The translations under genes and the position numbers were made by a program. From positions 11,200,001 through 11,264,000 of the forward strand of contig CP086569.2 in the NCBI GenBank assembly GCA_009914755.4: a DNA stretch of 64,000 nt, given 5' to 3'. This DNA is from the human T2T-CHM13v2.0 reference genome, Homo sapiens. Shown here one piece after another: positions 1-11,743 of the stretch. The notes below the pieces were generated by a model that was given only the letters and a program-made list of their open reading frames with translations, ran no database searches and was not told the origin of the DNA. The first letter of the stretch is position 1. Every line of letters begins with the position of its first letter.

Positions 1-76
1 TTCTTTTGAGAGTATTTCACTCTGTTACCAAGACTAGAGTGCAGTGGCACAATCTCAGCTCCCATTTCATTTCACC
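1..76 (-). repeat. Alu 3'-end-derived HOR module type A2
   Basis: gagagtatttcactctgttaccaagactagagtgcagtggcacaatctcagctcccatttcatttcacc; matches reverse complement of Alu 3' terminal ~60 bp with CpG decay; A2 key ttaccaag.ctagag. Confidence 0.8.
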
Positions 77-387
77 ATTCCAATCCATTCCATTCCATTA
101 TATTCCACTCTGTTCAATGCCACTCCACTACATTCCATTACATCCGATTCCACTCCATTCCATTCCTCTCCTCTCTACTCCACTACACTCCACTACATTC
201 CATTCCACTCCATCACCTTCCATTCGGCTCCATTCCACTGCAGTCCACTCCACCCTAATCCAATCCACTTCATTCCATCCCATTCCATCCCATTCCATTC
301 CTCTTCATTCCACTCCAATCCACTTAACTCCACCCACTCCGTTCCAGTCCACTCCATTTCATTGCATTCCATTCCATTCCACTCCAT

Positions 388-467
388 TCCTTTCTTTTGA
401 GATTATCTCACTCTGATACCAATCCTATAGCACAGTGGCAAATTCTCAGCTCACATTTCATTTCACC
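388..467 (-). repeat. Alu-derived HOR module type A (A2-like, diverged)
   Basis: tttcttttgagattatctcactctgataccaatcctatagcacagtggcaaattctcagctcacatttcatttcacc. Confidence 0.7.
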
Positions 468-736
468 ATTCCTTTCCATTCCATTTTATTCCTTTGCATT
501 CCATTCCATTCCACTCCACTCTACTCCAATCATCTCCACTCCATTCCATTCCACTCTGTTCCAGTCCACTCCTCTCCATTCCATTCCATCCCATTTCATT
601 CCACTCATTTCCACTCCATTCCACTCCACTCCATTCTACTCCACTCAAATCCTCTGCTCTCCACTGCACTCCACTCCACAAAATTGCTCTCCAATCCATT
701 CCATTCCATTCCATTTCACTCCATTGCATTCCATTC

Positions 737-829
737 CTTTCTTTCCACAGGATATCACTGTGTTACCCAGGCTTGAGTACAGTGGCACAATCTCAGCTCA
801 CACTTCATATCCAGTTTCCATTGCATTCC
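737..829 (-). repeat. Alu-derived HOR module type E
   Basis: E keys: caggatatcactgtgttacccagg...cagtggcacaatctcagctcaca + 3' extension ttccattgcattcc. Confidence 0.75.
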
Positions 830-1162
830 ATTCTATTCCATTCCATTCCATTCCGTTAAATTCCTTTCCATTCCCTTCCACTCCACTCCACTACGTTTCA
901 TTACATCCAATTCCATTCTACTCTATTCCACTTCTCTCCACTTCACTGCACACTACTTCACTTCATTCCACTCCATCCCATTACATTCCGCTCCATTACT
1001 CTGCACTCCACTCCACCCCACTCCACTCCTGTTGATTCCATTCTATTCAATCCCATTCTATTCTTCTCCATTCCACTCTACTCCACTTCACTCAATTCCA
1101 CTCCACTGCAGTCCAATCCTTTCCATTCCATTCCATTCCATTCCACTGCGTTTCATTCCATT

Positions 1163-1239
1163 CCTTTCTTTCGAGACTATCTCACTCTGTCACCCAGCCT
1201 TTAAGCAGAGTGCACAAACTAAGTTCACATTTCATTACC
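1163..1239 (-). repeat. Alu-derived HOR module type A
   Basis: tttcgagactatctcactctgtcacccagcc...catttcattacc. Confidence 0.7.
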
Positions 1240-1325
1240 ATTCCATTCCATTTCTTTCCTCTACACTCCAGTACTCCTCTCCACTCCATTCCATTCCATT
1301 CCATTTTACTCCATTGCATTGCATT

Positions 1326-1404
1326 CCTTTCTTTTGACAGGTTCTTCCTCTGTCACCCAGGCTGGTGTGTTGTAGCACAATCTCGGCTCACATTTCATTT
1401 CACC
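1326..1404 (-). repeat. Alu-derived HOR module type B
   Basis: B keys: ttttgacagg...ctgtcacccaggctggtgtg...catttcatttcacc. Confidence 0.75.
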
Positions 1405-1503
1405 AATCCATTCCACTACACGCCACTCCACTCCACTGAATTCCACTCCACTCCACTGCAATCCATTCCTTTCCATTACATTCCATTCCATTCCTACTAT
1501 TTC

Positions 1504-1584
1504 ATTTCTTTCTTTTGACAGGATCTCCCTCTGTCACACAGGCTGTAGCATAGTGGTAAAATCTCAGCACACGTTCCTTTTCAC
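1504..1584 (-). repeat. Alu-derived HOR module type C
   Basis: C keys: ttgacaggatctccctctgtcacacaggctgtagcatagtgg...cagcacacgttccttttcacc. Confidence 0.8.
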
Positions 1585-1671
1585 CATTCCATTCCATTCC
1601 ATTCCACTGCATTCCACTCCACCCCACTCCACTCCTCCCCATTCCATTCCATTCCACTCCTTTCAATCCCA

Positions 1672-1751
1672 TTCCTTTCTTTCCACAGGATCTCACCCTG
1701 CCACAAATGCTGGAGTTCTGTGGCACAATCTCAGCTCACTTTTCTTTTCAC
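1672..1751 (-). repeat. Alu-derived HOR module type D
   Basis: D keys: ttccacaggatctcaccctgccacaaatgctggag...cacttttcttttcac. Confidence 0.75.
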
Positions 1752-1934
1752 TATTCCATTGCATTCTATTCCATCCCATTACATTCCACTTTATTTCACT
1801 CCACTCCACTCTAATCCACTCCACTCCACTCCATTCCACTTCACTTCATCCCATTCCATTCGACTCCATTACACTCACCTCCACTCCATTCAATTCCTTT
1901 CCGTTCCATTTCTTTTCACACCATTGCATTCCAT

Positions 1935-2049
1935 TCCTTTCTCTCAACAGGATGTCACTGTGTCCCCCAGGCTGGAGTGCAGTGGAACAATCTCAGCTCA
2001 CATTACATGTCAGCTTTCCATTTCATTGCATTCTATTCCATTGCATTCC
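1935..2049 (-). repeat. Alu-derived HOR module type E
   Basis: caacaggatgtcactgtgtcccccaggctggagtgcagtgg...cacattacatgtcagctttccatttcattgcattctattccattgcattcc. Confidence 0.8.
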
Positions 2050-2387
2050 ATTCCATTCCATTGCATTCCATTACATTCCACTCCACTCCACTCCACATCA
2101 TTACATTAAATCTGATTCCACTCCACTGCACTCCACTACATTTCATTACTTCTGATTCCATTCCACTCCTCTCCACTCCACTGTACACCACTACACTCAA
2201 TTCCACTCCATCCCCTTCCATTCCGCTCCATTCCACTGCACTCCACTCCACCCCACTCCACTCCACTTCATTCCATTCCACTTCATGCCATTCCATTCCT
2301 CTCCATTCCACTCTACTCCACTTAACTCCATTTCACTCCACTGCAGGCCACTCCATTCCATTCAGTTCCACTGCATTCCATTCCATT

Positions 2388-2465
2388 CCTTTCTTTTGAG
2401 AGTACCTCGCTCTGTCACCCAGCCTGGAGTGCAGTGGCAGAAATTCAGTTCACATTTCGTTACTA
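2388..2465 (-). repeat. Alu-derived HOR module type A
   Basis: ttttgagagtacctcgctctgtcacccagcctggagtgcagtggcag...cacatttcgttact. Confidence 0.75.
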
Positions 2466-2572
2466 TTCGATTCCACTCCATTCCATTCCACTGTACTCCA
2501 CTCCACTCAATTCCTCTCCATTCCACTCCAACTGATTCCATTCCATTCCATTCCAATCTCTTCCATTCAACT

Positions 2573-2650
2573 CCTTTCTTTCAACAGGATCTCCCGCTGT
2601 CACACAGGCTGTTGCCTAGTGGCACAGTCTCAGCACACATTTCTTTTTGC
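2573..2650 (-). repeat. Alu-derived HOR module type C
   Basis: caacaggatctcccgctgtcacacaggctgttgcctagtggcacagtctcagcacacatttctttttgc. Confidence 0.75.
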
Positions 2651-3057
2651 AATTCCATTCCATTCCATTCCATTCCATTCCATTCCACGCCCCTCCATTC
2701 CACTCCACTTCGTTACATTCCACTTTACTCCACTCCACTCCATTCCACTCCACTCCACTCCATTCCATTCCAGTTTATTCTATTCCACTCCATTGCACTG
2801 CACTCCATTCCACCCCACTCCTCTCCATTCCACTCCATTCCATTCCTCTCCATTGCACTGTAATCCACTCCATCCCTCTCCACTCCACTCTACTCCACCA
2901 CATTCCACTCCACTCCACTCCATTCCAATCCACTCCATTCCACTCCCCTCCATTCCACTCCTCTCCATTCCTCTCCACTACACTCCACTTCACTCCACTC
3001 CACTCCATTACACTACACTCCAATCCATTCCATTCCATTACTCTCCATTCAATTCCA

Positions 3058-3138
3058 TTACTTTCCTTCCACAGGATCTCACTCTGTTACAAAGTTTGGA
3101 GTGCAATGGCACAATCTCAACTCACATTTCTTTTCATC
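3058..3138 (-). repeat. Alu-derived HOR module type D
   Basis: ttccacaggatctcactctgttacaaagtttggagtgcaatggcacaatctcaactcacatttcttttcatc. Confidence 0.75.
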
Positions 3139-3307
3139 ATTCCATTGCATTCCATTCCATTACACTCAGTTTCACTCCACTCCATGCCACTCCATTCCAT
3201 TCTCCTCCATCCCATTCTATTCGACTCCATTCCACTCAACTCCACTCCACTCCACTTCAGTCCTCTCCATTCCATTCCACTAAATTCCAGTGCCTTCCAT
3301 TCCATTA

Positions 3308-3384
3308 GTTTCTTTCGAGAGTATCTCACTCTGTCACCCAGGCTGGAGCGCAGTGGCACAATTTCAGCTCACATTTCATTTCAC
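3308..3384 (-). repeat. Alu-derived HOR module type A
   Basis: tttcgagagtatctcactctgtcacccaggctggagcgcagtggcacaatttcagctcacatttcatttcacc. Confidence 0.85.
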
Positions 3385-3562
3385 CATTCCATTCCATTCC
3401 ATTCCATTCCATTCCATTCCATTCCATTCCATTCCACTCTAATCCATTAAACTCCACTCCACTACACTCCATTCAATTCCACTCCATCCCATTCCATGCC
3501 ACTCCTTTCCACTCCAGTCCACTACACTCTGTACCATTCATTTCCACTCCATTCCATTCCCT

Positions 3563-3641
3563 TGCTTTCTTTTGACAGTATCTCACTCTGTCACCCAGGC
3601 TGGTGTGCAGTGACACAGTCTCAGGTCACATTTCATTTCAC
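3563..3641 (-). repeat. Alu-derived HOR module type B
   Basis: ttttgacagtatctcactctgtcacccaggctggtgtgcagtgacacagtctcaggtcacatttcatttcacc. Confidence 0.8.
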
Positions 3642-3788
3642 CATTCCATTGCATTTCATTCCGTTCCATTATATTCCATTCCACTCCATTCGACTGCACT
3701 CCACTCCGATCCACTCAATTCCACTGCACTCCACTGGAATCCATTCCATTATATTCTATTCCATTCCAATCCTTTAAATTCCGCTCCA

Positions 3789-3863
3789 TTCTTTCAAAAT
3801 GATCTCCCTCTGACACACAGGCTGTAACATAGTGGCACAATCTCAGCACACATTCCTTTTCAC
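3789..3863 (-). repeat. Alu-derived HOR module type C
   Basis: gatctccctctgacacacaggctgtaacatagtggcacaatctcagcacacattccttttcacc. Confidence 0.8.
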
Positions 3864-4199
3864 CATTCCATTCCGTTCTGTTCCGTTCCACTCCATTGCA
3901 TTCTGTTCCATTCCATTCCATTCTGTTCCACTCCTTTCCACTCCAATCCACTCCACTCCATTCCATTTCACTCCATGTCATTTCAATCCACTCCACTCCA
4001 GTCCATTACACTCCAATTCACTCCACCCCACTCCATGCCATTCCACTACGTTCCATTCCGTTCCATTGCACTGCACTCCACTCCACCACACTCCACTCTA
4101 CTCCAGTCCACGCTATTGCACTGCACTCCACTCCACTTCACTCCACTCCACTCCAATCCATTCAAATCCATTGGATTCCATTTCAATCATTGTATTCCA

Positions 4200-4320
4200 T
4201 TCCTTTCTTTCAACAGGATATCACTGTGTCACCCAGGCTGGAGTGCAGTGGCACAATCGCAGCTCACATTACATGTCAACTTTCCTTTGCATTGCATTCT
4301 ATAACATTGCATTGCATTCC
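4200..4320 (-). repeat. Alu-derived HOR module type E
   Basis: caacaggatatcactgtgtcacccaggctggagtgcagtggcacaatcgcagctcacattacatgtcaactttcctttgcattgcattctataacattgcattgcattcc. Confidence 0.85.
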
Positions 4321-4621
4321 ATTCCATTCCATTTCACTCCGTTCCACTCCAATCTATTCCAATCCACAACATTCCATTACATCCGATTCCATTCCACGCC
4401 ATTCCACTCCCCTCACCTCCACTGCACTCCATGCCACTGCATTCCACTGCATCCTTTTCCATTCCACTCCGTTAGTCAGCACTCCCTTCTTCCTGACTCC
4501 ACTCCACTTCATTCCATTCCATTCCTTCCCATTCCATTACACTCCTTTCTCCTCCACTACACTTTACTCCACTCCACTCCAGTCCACTGCATTCCATTCC
4601 ATTCCACTGCATTCCATTCCA

Positions 4622-4701
4622 TTCCTTTCTTTCAATAGTATCCCACTCTGTCACCCAGCCTGCAGTGTAGTGGCACAATCTCAGCTCGAATTTCATTCAC
4701 C
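4622..4701 (-). repeat. Alu-derived HOR module type A
   Basis: tttcaatagtatcccactctgtcacccagcctgcagtgtagtggcacaatctcagctcgaatttcattcacc. Confidence 0.75.
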
Positions 4702-4867
4702 TATCCATTCCATTCCATTCCATTCCATTCCATTCAATTCCACTAAATCCACTCCACTCCAATCCATTCCAGTTCACTTCACTCCTTTCCAGTCCACGCA
4801 ACTCCTTTCCATTCCATACCATTCCATTCTTCTCCTTTCCACTCCACTCCAGTCTACTCCAATCACC

Positions 4868-4925
4868 TCCATTCCATTCCATTCCATTCCATTCCATTCC
4901 ATTCCATTCCATTCCATTCCATTCC
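4868..4925. repeat. Perfect (ATTCC)~11 run
   Basis: Uninterrupted attcc units immediately upstream of a B module. Confidence 0.85.
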
Positions 4926-5001
4926 TTTCTTTTGATAGGATCTCACTCTGTCACCCTGGCTGGTGTGCAGTGGCACAATCTCAGCTCACATTTCATTTCA
5001 A
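4922..5001 (-). repeat. Alu-derived HOR module type B
   Basis: ttttgataggatctcactctgtcaccctggctggtgtgcagtggcacaatctcagctcacatttcatttcaac. Confidence 0.8.
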
Positions 5002-6225
5002 CATTCCACTCCATTCCATTCCACTGCACTCTACTCCACTTAATTCCACTCCACTCCACTCCAATCAATTCCATTCCACTCCTTTCCACTCCATTCCATT
5101 CCATTCCACTCCAATCCACTTCACTCCACTAAACTCCACTCCACTCTACTGCATTCCATTCCGTTCCATTACAATCCACTCTATTCCACTCCATTCCACT
5201 CCACTCCACTCCAGTCCATTCCATTTCATTCCACTCCAATTCATTCCATTCCATTCTACTTCACTCCACTCCATTCCATTTCATTTCATTCCATTCCATT
5301 CCACTCCACTCCACTCCATTCCATTCCATTCCACACCCCTCCAATCCACTTAATTCCACTCCACTTCACTTCCTTCAATTCCACTCCTCTCCAATCCATT
5401 CCTCTCCACTCCATTCTATTCCACTCCAATCGATTCCATTCCACTCCTCTCCATTCCATTCCGTTTCACTCCACTCCCCTCCACTCCATTCCACTAAACT
5501 GCACTCCACACCACTCCATTCCATTCCACTCCACTCCATTCCATTCCACTTCACTCCATTCCACTCTATTGAACTCCACTCCAGTCCATTCCATTCCATT
5601 CTATTCCACTCCATTCCATTCCTCGCTATTCCACTCCACTCCATTCCACTCAACTCCACTTCATTCCACTCCATTCCAGTCCACTCGACTCTACTCGAGT
5701 CCAGTCCACTCCACTACCCTCCATTCCATTCCATTCCATTCCATTACATTACATTGCACTCCGATCCACTCCACTCCACTCCACTCCAGTCCTTTCCATT
5801 CCCTTCCATTCCCTTCCATTCCTTTCCACTCCGATCCACTCCACTCCACTCCAGTCCTTTCCATTCCCTTCCATTCCCTTCCATTCCTTTCCACTCCGTT
5901 CCGTTCCACTCCACTCCACTCCAATGCATTCCATTACATACGAATCCATTCCACTCCAATCCACTCCTCTCCACTCCACTGCACTCCACTCCATTCCACT
6001 CTATCCCATTCCATTCCACTCCATTCCACTGCACTTCACTCTACCCCTTATCACTACACTGCATTATCTTCCATTCCATCCCATTCTGCTCCACTTCACT
6101 ACATTCCACTACACTTCACTCCACTCCATTCCACTCCAGTACACTGCATTCCATTCCATTCCATTCCATTCCATTCCATTCCATTCCATTCCATGGCACT
6201 GCATTCCATTCCATTGCTTTCTTTC

Positions 6226-6294
6226 GAGAGTATCTCACTCTGTCACCCATCCTGGAGTGCAGTGGCACAATCTCAGCTCACATTTCATTTCACC
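6226..6294 (-). repeat. Alu-derived HOR module type A
   Basis: tttcgagagtatctcactctgtcacccatcctggagtgcagtggcacaatctcagctcacatttcatttcacc. Confidence 0.85.
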
Positions 6295-6470
6295 ATTCCA
6301 TTTCATACCATTCCATTCCACTCCACTCCACTAGACTCCACTCCAATCCATTCCACTCCACTTCACTTCACTCCATTGCAGTCCACTCCACTCCTTTCCA
6401 GTCCATCCCATTTCTTTCCACTCCGCTCCACTCCACTCCATTCCATTCCATTCCACTGCTCTCCAGTCCA

Positions 6471-6551
6471 TTCCTTTCTTTTGACAGAATATAACTCTGT
6501 CACCCAGGCCCGTCTGCAGCGGCACAATCTCAGTGCATATTTCATTCCACC
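6471..6551 (-). repeat. Alu-derived HOR module type B (diverged)
   Basis: ttttgacagaatataactctgtcacccaggcccgtctgcagcggcacaatctcagtgcatatttcattccacc. Confidence 0.7.
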
Positions 6552-6683
6552 ATTCCATTCCATTCCATTTAATTCCGTTCCACTGCACTCCACTCCACTG
6601 CACTCTATTCCACTCCACTCCACTCCATTCCATTCCATTCCATTCCATTCCATTCCATTCCATTCCATTCCATTCCATTCCAC

Positions 6684-6762
6684 TTCTTTCTTTCAACATA
6701 TTCTCCCTCTGTCACACAGGCAGCAGCGCAGTGGCAAAATCTCAGCACACGTTTCTTTTTGC
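6684..6762 (-). repeat. Alu-derived HOR module type C
   Basis: caacatattctccctctgtcacacaggcagcagcgcagtggcaaaatctcagcacacgtttctttttgc. Confidence 0.75.
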
Positions 6763-6936
6763 ATTCCATTTCATTCCATTCTATTCCATTCCAATCCCCT
6801 CCACTGCTTTCCACGCCACTCCACTTCACCCCATTCCATTCCACTCTACTCTACGCCATTCCACTCCTTTTCATTCCATTCCACTCCTTTCCTCTCCACT
6901 GCACTTCATTCTATTCCACTCCTTTCCATTTCAATA

Positions 6937-7014
6937 TTTTCTTTTGACAGGATCTCACTCTGTCACGCAGGATGGAGTGCAGTGGCACACTCTCAGCTCA
7001 TATTTCATTTCACC
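6937..7014 (-). repeat. Alu-derived HOR module type B-like (B')
   Basis: ttttgacaggatctcactctgtcacgcaggatggagtgcagtggcacactctcagctcatatttcatttcacc. Confidence 0.7.
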
Positions 7015-7127
7015 ATTCCATTTTATTCCACTCGCCTCCATTCCATTCCATTCCACTCCACTCCAATCCTCTCCATTTTACTTCCCTCCACTCCATTCCA
7101 TTCCATTCTACTCCATTCCGTTACATT

Positions 7128-7207
7128 CATTTATTTTGACTGGATCTCACTCTGTCACCCAGACTGAAGTGCAGTGGCAAAATCTTAGCTCACATTTCAT
7201 TTCACCA
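7128..7207 (-). repeat. Alu-derived HOR module type B-like (B')
   Basis: ttttgactggatctcactctgtcacccagactgaagtgcagtggcaaaatcttagctcacatttcatttcacc. Confidence 0.7.
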
Positions 7208-9059
7208 TTCCATTCCATGCAATTACAGTCCATTCCAATACATTCCATTCCTTTCCATTCCATCACACTCCACTCCACGCCACTCCATTTCAGTCCACTA
7301 TGATACATTGGACTCCAAACATTCCATTCCACTCCATGCCCTTCCATTCCATTTCATTCCACTTCACTCCACAGCACTCCACTCCACTCAATTCAAGTCC
7401 ACTCTACTTCACTCCACTCCACTCCGTTCCAATCCATTCCACACCACTCCTTTGCATTCCACTCTACTCCATACCATTCCACTCCATTCCACTGCACTCC
7501 ACTACATTCCTTTCGACTCCATTTTATTCCATTCCATTCCATTCATTTCCATTCCATTCCATTCCACTCTGTTCCATTCCATTCCATTCCGTTCCAATCC
7601 ATTCCATTCCATACCATCCCATTGCACTCCATTCCACTCCATTCCATTCCATTCAACTACATTCCACGCCACTCTATTCCCTCCCATAGCATTCCATTCC
7701 ATTCCACTCCACCTCACTCCATTCCACTCCACTCCACTCCATTCTACTCCATTCCACTCCACTCCACTCCACTCCATACTATTCCTCTCCACTCCACTCC
7801 ATTCCACTCGATTCCGCTCCATTCCTCTCCACTCCACTCCATTACACTCCATTCTACTCCACTCCACTCCATTCCATTCCATTCCATTCCATTCCACTAC
7901 TCTCCATTCCATTACACTCCACTCTATTCCATTCCATTCCACTCCGTTCAACTCCATTCTATTCCATTCCTTTCCATTCCACTCCACTCCAATCCACTCG
8001 ATACCACTCCACTCCATTCCATACCATTCCACTTCATTCAACTCCATTACACTCAACTCCATTCGACTCCACTGCAATCCATTCCATTCCATTCCCTTCC
8101 AATCCACTCTATTCCATTCCACTCCACTCCATTCCACTCCACTCCTCTCCATTCCACTCCACTCCTCTCCATTCCACTCCACTCCAGTCAACTCCATTCC
8201 ACTCCACTCAAATCCATTCCACTCCCCTCAACTCCATTCCACTCCACTCTCTTCCATTTCACTCCAATCCATTCCATTATGTTCTACTCCAACCTACTCT
8301 ATTCCATTCCATTTCATTCCATTCCACTCCCCGCCACTGCACTCATTTCCATTTCATTCCATTCCACTCCATTCCACTCCACGCCTCTCCACTTCTCTCC
8401 ACTCCATTCAATTCCATTCCATTGCATTCCACTCCTTTCCACTCCACTCCATTCCACTTTACTCCATTGCATTCTGTTCCACTCCACTCCATTCCATTCC
8501 ATTCCACTGCAACCCATTCCATTCCTCTCCATTCTTTTCCACTCCAGTCCATTCCACTCACCTACATTTAACTCCATTCCACTCCATTCCACTCCACTAC
8601 ACTCCTCTTCACTCCTCTCCATTCCATTTTTCTCCTTTCCTTTCCAATCCACCCCATTCCATTCCATTCCACTCCACTCCATTCCAGTCCACTTTTTTCC
8701 ACTCCACTCCACTACATTCCGTTCCACTCCAGTCTACTCCAGTACACTCCACTCCACTCCATGTCACTCAACTACACTATTTTATATCCAATTCCATTTC
8801 ACTCTATTCCACTCCTCTCCCTTCCACTGCCCTTCACTCCACTCCATTAAACTACATCCTGTTCCATTCCCCTCCATTCCAATGCACTCCACTTCTCCCC
8901 ACTCCACTCCACTTCATTCCTTTTCATTCCACCCCATTACATTCCTCTCCATTGCATTACAATCCACTTCAGTCCTCTCCACTCCACTCCAGTCCACTCC
9001 TTTCATTCCATTCCGTTCCATTCCATTCCATCCCATACATTCCACTCTATTCCATTCCA

Positions 9060-9140
9060 TTCCTTTCTTTAGAAAGTATCTCACCCTGTCACACAGCCTG
9101 GATTTCAGTGGCACAATCTCAGATCCCATTTCATTTCACC
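9060..9140 (-). repeat. Alu-derived HOR module type A
   Basis: tttagaaagtatctcaccctgtcacacagcctggatttcagtggcacaatctcagatcccatttcatttcacc. Confidence 0.75.
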
Positions 9141-9324
9141 ATTCCATTCCATTCCATTCCATATCATTCCATTCCACTCCACTGCACTCCACTCCACTCC
9201 ACTCCACTCCATTCCATTCCAATCCACACCTTTCCATTCCATCTCATTCCATTCCTCTCCTTTCCACTCCACTCCACTCCACACCACTCCTGTCCATTCA
9301 ATTCCACTCCATTCCGTTCCGTAC

Positions 9325-9402
9325 ATTTATTTTGACAGGATCTCACTCTGTCTCCCAGGCTGGTGTGCAGTGGCACAATCTCAGCTCACATTTTATTTTG
9401 CC
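9325..9402 (-). repeat. Alu-derived HOR module type B
   Basis: ttttgacaggatctcactctgtctcccaggctggtgtgcagtggcacaatctcagctcacattttattttgcc. Confidence 0.8.
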
Positions 9403-9514
9403 ATTCCATTCCATTCCATTCAGTTTCACTGCACTCCACTCCTGTCCACTCAATTCCACTCCACTCCACTCCAATCCTTTCCATTCAATTCCATTCCAAT
9501 CCCTTGCATTCCAC

Positions 9515-9593
9515 TCCTTTCTTTCGAAAGGATCTCCCTCTGTCACACAGGCTGTAGCACAGTGACACAATCTCAGCACACATTAATTTCACC
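9515..9593 (-). repeat. Alu-derived HOR module type C
   Basis: tttcgaaaggatctccctctgtcacacaggctgtagcacagtgacacaatctcagcacacattaatttcacc. Confidence 0.8.
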
Positions 9594-9790
9594 ATTCCAT
9601 TCCATTCCATTCCATTCCGCTCCATTCCATTCCATTCCACTCCACTCCACTCCTTTCCACTCCACTCCACTCCATTCCATTCCACTCTACTCCACTCCAC
9701 TACACTCTATTTCATTCCATCCCTTTCCATTCCACTCCTATCCAATCCACTCCTCTCCATTCCATTCCATGCCACTGCATTCCATTCTAA

Positions 9791-9867
9791 TATTTTCTTT
9801 TGACAGGATATCTCTGTCACCCAGGCTGGAGTGCAGTGGCACAATCTCAGCTCACATTTCATTTCAT
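9791..9867 (-). repeat. Alu-derived HOR module, E/B hybrid
   Basis: E-type head (gacaggatatctctgtcacccaggctggagtgcag) but B-type tail (catttcatttcatc) lacking the E 3' extension. Confidence 0.65.
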
Positions 9868-9951
9868 CATTCTATTCCATTCCATTCCATTCCATTTCCC
9901 TAAATTCCATTCCTTTCCACTCCACTCCACTCGACTACTCTCCTCTCCACT

Positions 9952-10017
9952 CCATTCCATTCCATTCCATTCCATTCCATTCCATTCCATTCCATTCCAT
10001 TCCATTCCACTCCATTC
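9952..10017. repeat. Perfect (ATTCC)~13 run
   Basis: Uninterrupted attcc units. Confidence 0.85.
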
Positions 10018-10028
10018 CATTCCACTCC

Positions 10029-10104
10029 TTTTTTTCGACTGGATCTCACTCTGTCACCCAGACTGGAGTGCAGTAGCTCTATCTTAGCTCATATTTCATT
10101 TAAC
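10029..10104 (-). repeat. Alu-derived HOR module type B-like (B')
   Basis: tttcgactggatctcactctgtcacccagactggagtgcagtagctctatcttagctcatatttcatttaac. Confidence 0.7.
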
Positions 10105-10960
10105 TATTCCGTTCCATTCCATTCCATTCCGTTCTAGTCAATTTCATTCCAGTACACTCCACACCACTCCACTCCATTCCATTCCACTCCATTCCACTCC
10201 ACTCCACTCCATTCCCTTCTACTCCATTCCATTCAATTCCCTACCATTCCATTCCATTCCACTCCACTCCAGTCTACTCCACTTCACTACATTCCATTCT
10301 ATTCCATTCCATTCCATTCCACTCCACTCCACTCCTCTCCACTCCATTCCACTAAATTCCACTCTGCTGCATTCCATTCTACTCTACTATAATACACTCT
10401 ACTCCATGCCACGCCACTCCACTCCACTCAAATGCATTCCACTCCATTGTACTCAATTCCTCTCCACTCCCCTCAACTCCAATCCATTGCACTCCATTCT
10501 ACTTCATTTCATTCCATTCCATTCCACTTCACTCCATTACATTCCATTCCACTCTACTCCATTCCATTCCATTCCATTCCCCTCCACTCCGTTCCATTCC
10601 ATTCCATTCCATTCCATTCCATTCCATTCCATTCCACTCCACTCCTCACCACTCCACTCCACTCCATTCCATTCCATTCCTTTCTCTTCCAATCCATTCC
10701 ACTCTGCTCCACCCCACTCCACTCCATTCCACTCAAATCAATTCCATTCCACTCCATTCCACTCCATTCCACTCCACTCCATTCCAGTCCACTCCATTCC
10801 TCTTCACTCTACTCCATTCCACTCCACTTAATTCCACTCCAGTCCACTCTAGTCCAATCCCTTCCACTCCAATCCACTCCTCTCAATTTCATACCCCTGC
10901 ACTCCATTCCATTCCACTGCACTCCAATCCACTACACTCAACTCTACTCCACTCCACTCC

Positions 10961-11014
10961 TCTAGGCTCTGTTTGGTTCCATTTGTTTTCTTCTGTTCCT
11001 TTCAACTTCAATCC
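10961..11014 (-). repeat. Non-pentamer insert resembling a module T-tract without Alu core
   Basis: tctaggctctgtttggttccatttgttttcttctgttcctttcaacttcaatcc; ttcctttcaac matches the E/C-type T-tract but is followed directly by satellite. Confidence 0.5.
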
Positions 11015-11140
11015 ACTCCATTCCTTCCCCCTCAACTACATTCCATTACATCAGATTCCATTTCACACCATTCCACTCCTCTCCACTCCACTCCACTCCA
11101 TTCCATTCCATACCACTGCATTCCATTCCAATATTTTCTT

Positions 11141-11211
11141 TCGACAGAATCTCACTCTGCCACCCAAGTTGAAGCGCAGTGGCACAATCTCAGCTCACAT
11201 TTCATTTCACC
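11141..11211 (-). repeat. Alu-derived HOR module type B-like (B')
   Basis: tttcgacagaatctcactctgccacccaagttgaagcgcagtggcacaatctcagctcacatttcatttcacc. Confidence 0.7.
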
Positions 11212-11639
11212 ATTCCATTCTCCTCCATTCCATTTCATTCCACTCCACTCCACTCCTCTCCATTACACTCCACTCCACTCCATTTTATTCCACTCCACTT
11301 CATTCCATTCCACTCCATTCCATTCCACTCTATTCCATTTCATTCCACTCCACTCCACTCCACTCCATTCCACTCCACTCCACTCCATTCCATTCTACTC
11401 CATGCCATTCCATTCCACTCAATTGAATTCGACTTCGTTCCATTCCAGTCCACTCCACTCCACTCGACTCCATTTCAGTCTGCTCCATTCCATTCCATTC
11501 CACTCCATCCCATTCCATTTGACTCCATTCCACTCCACTTCACTACATTCTACTCCACTCCACTCCACTCCACTCCACTCCACTCCACTCTACTCCACTC
11601 TATTCCATTCCATTCCATTCCATTCCATTGCATTCCATT

Positions 11640-11743
11640 ACTTTCTTTTGGCAGGATATCACTGTGTCACCCAGGCTGAATTGCAGGTTTACAATCTCAG
11701 CTGACATTACATGTCTTCTTTCCATTGCATTGCATTGCATTCC
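11640..11743 (-). repeat. Alu-derived HOR module type E
   Basis: ggcaggatatcactgtgtcacccaggctgaattgcaggtttacaatctcagctgacattacatgtcttctttccattgcattgcattgcattcc. Confidence 0.8.
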
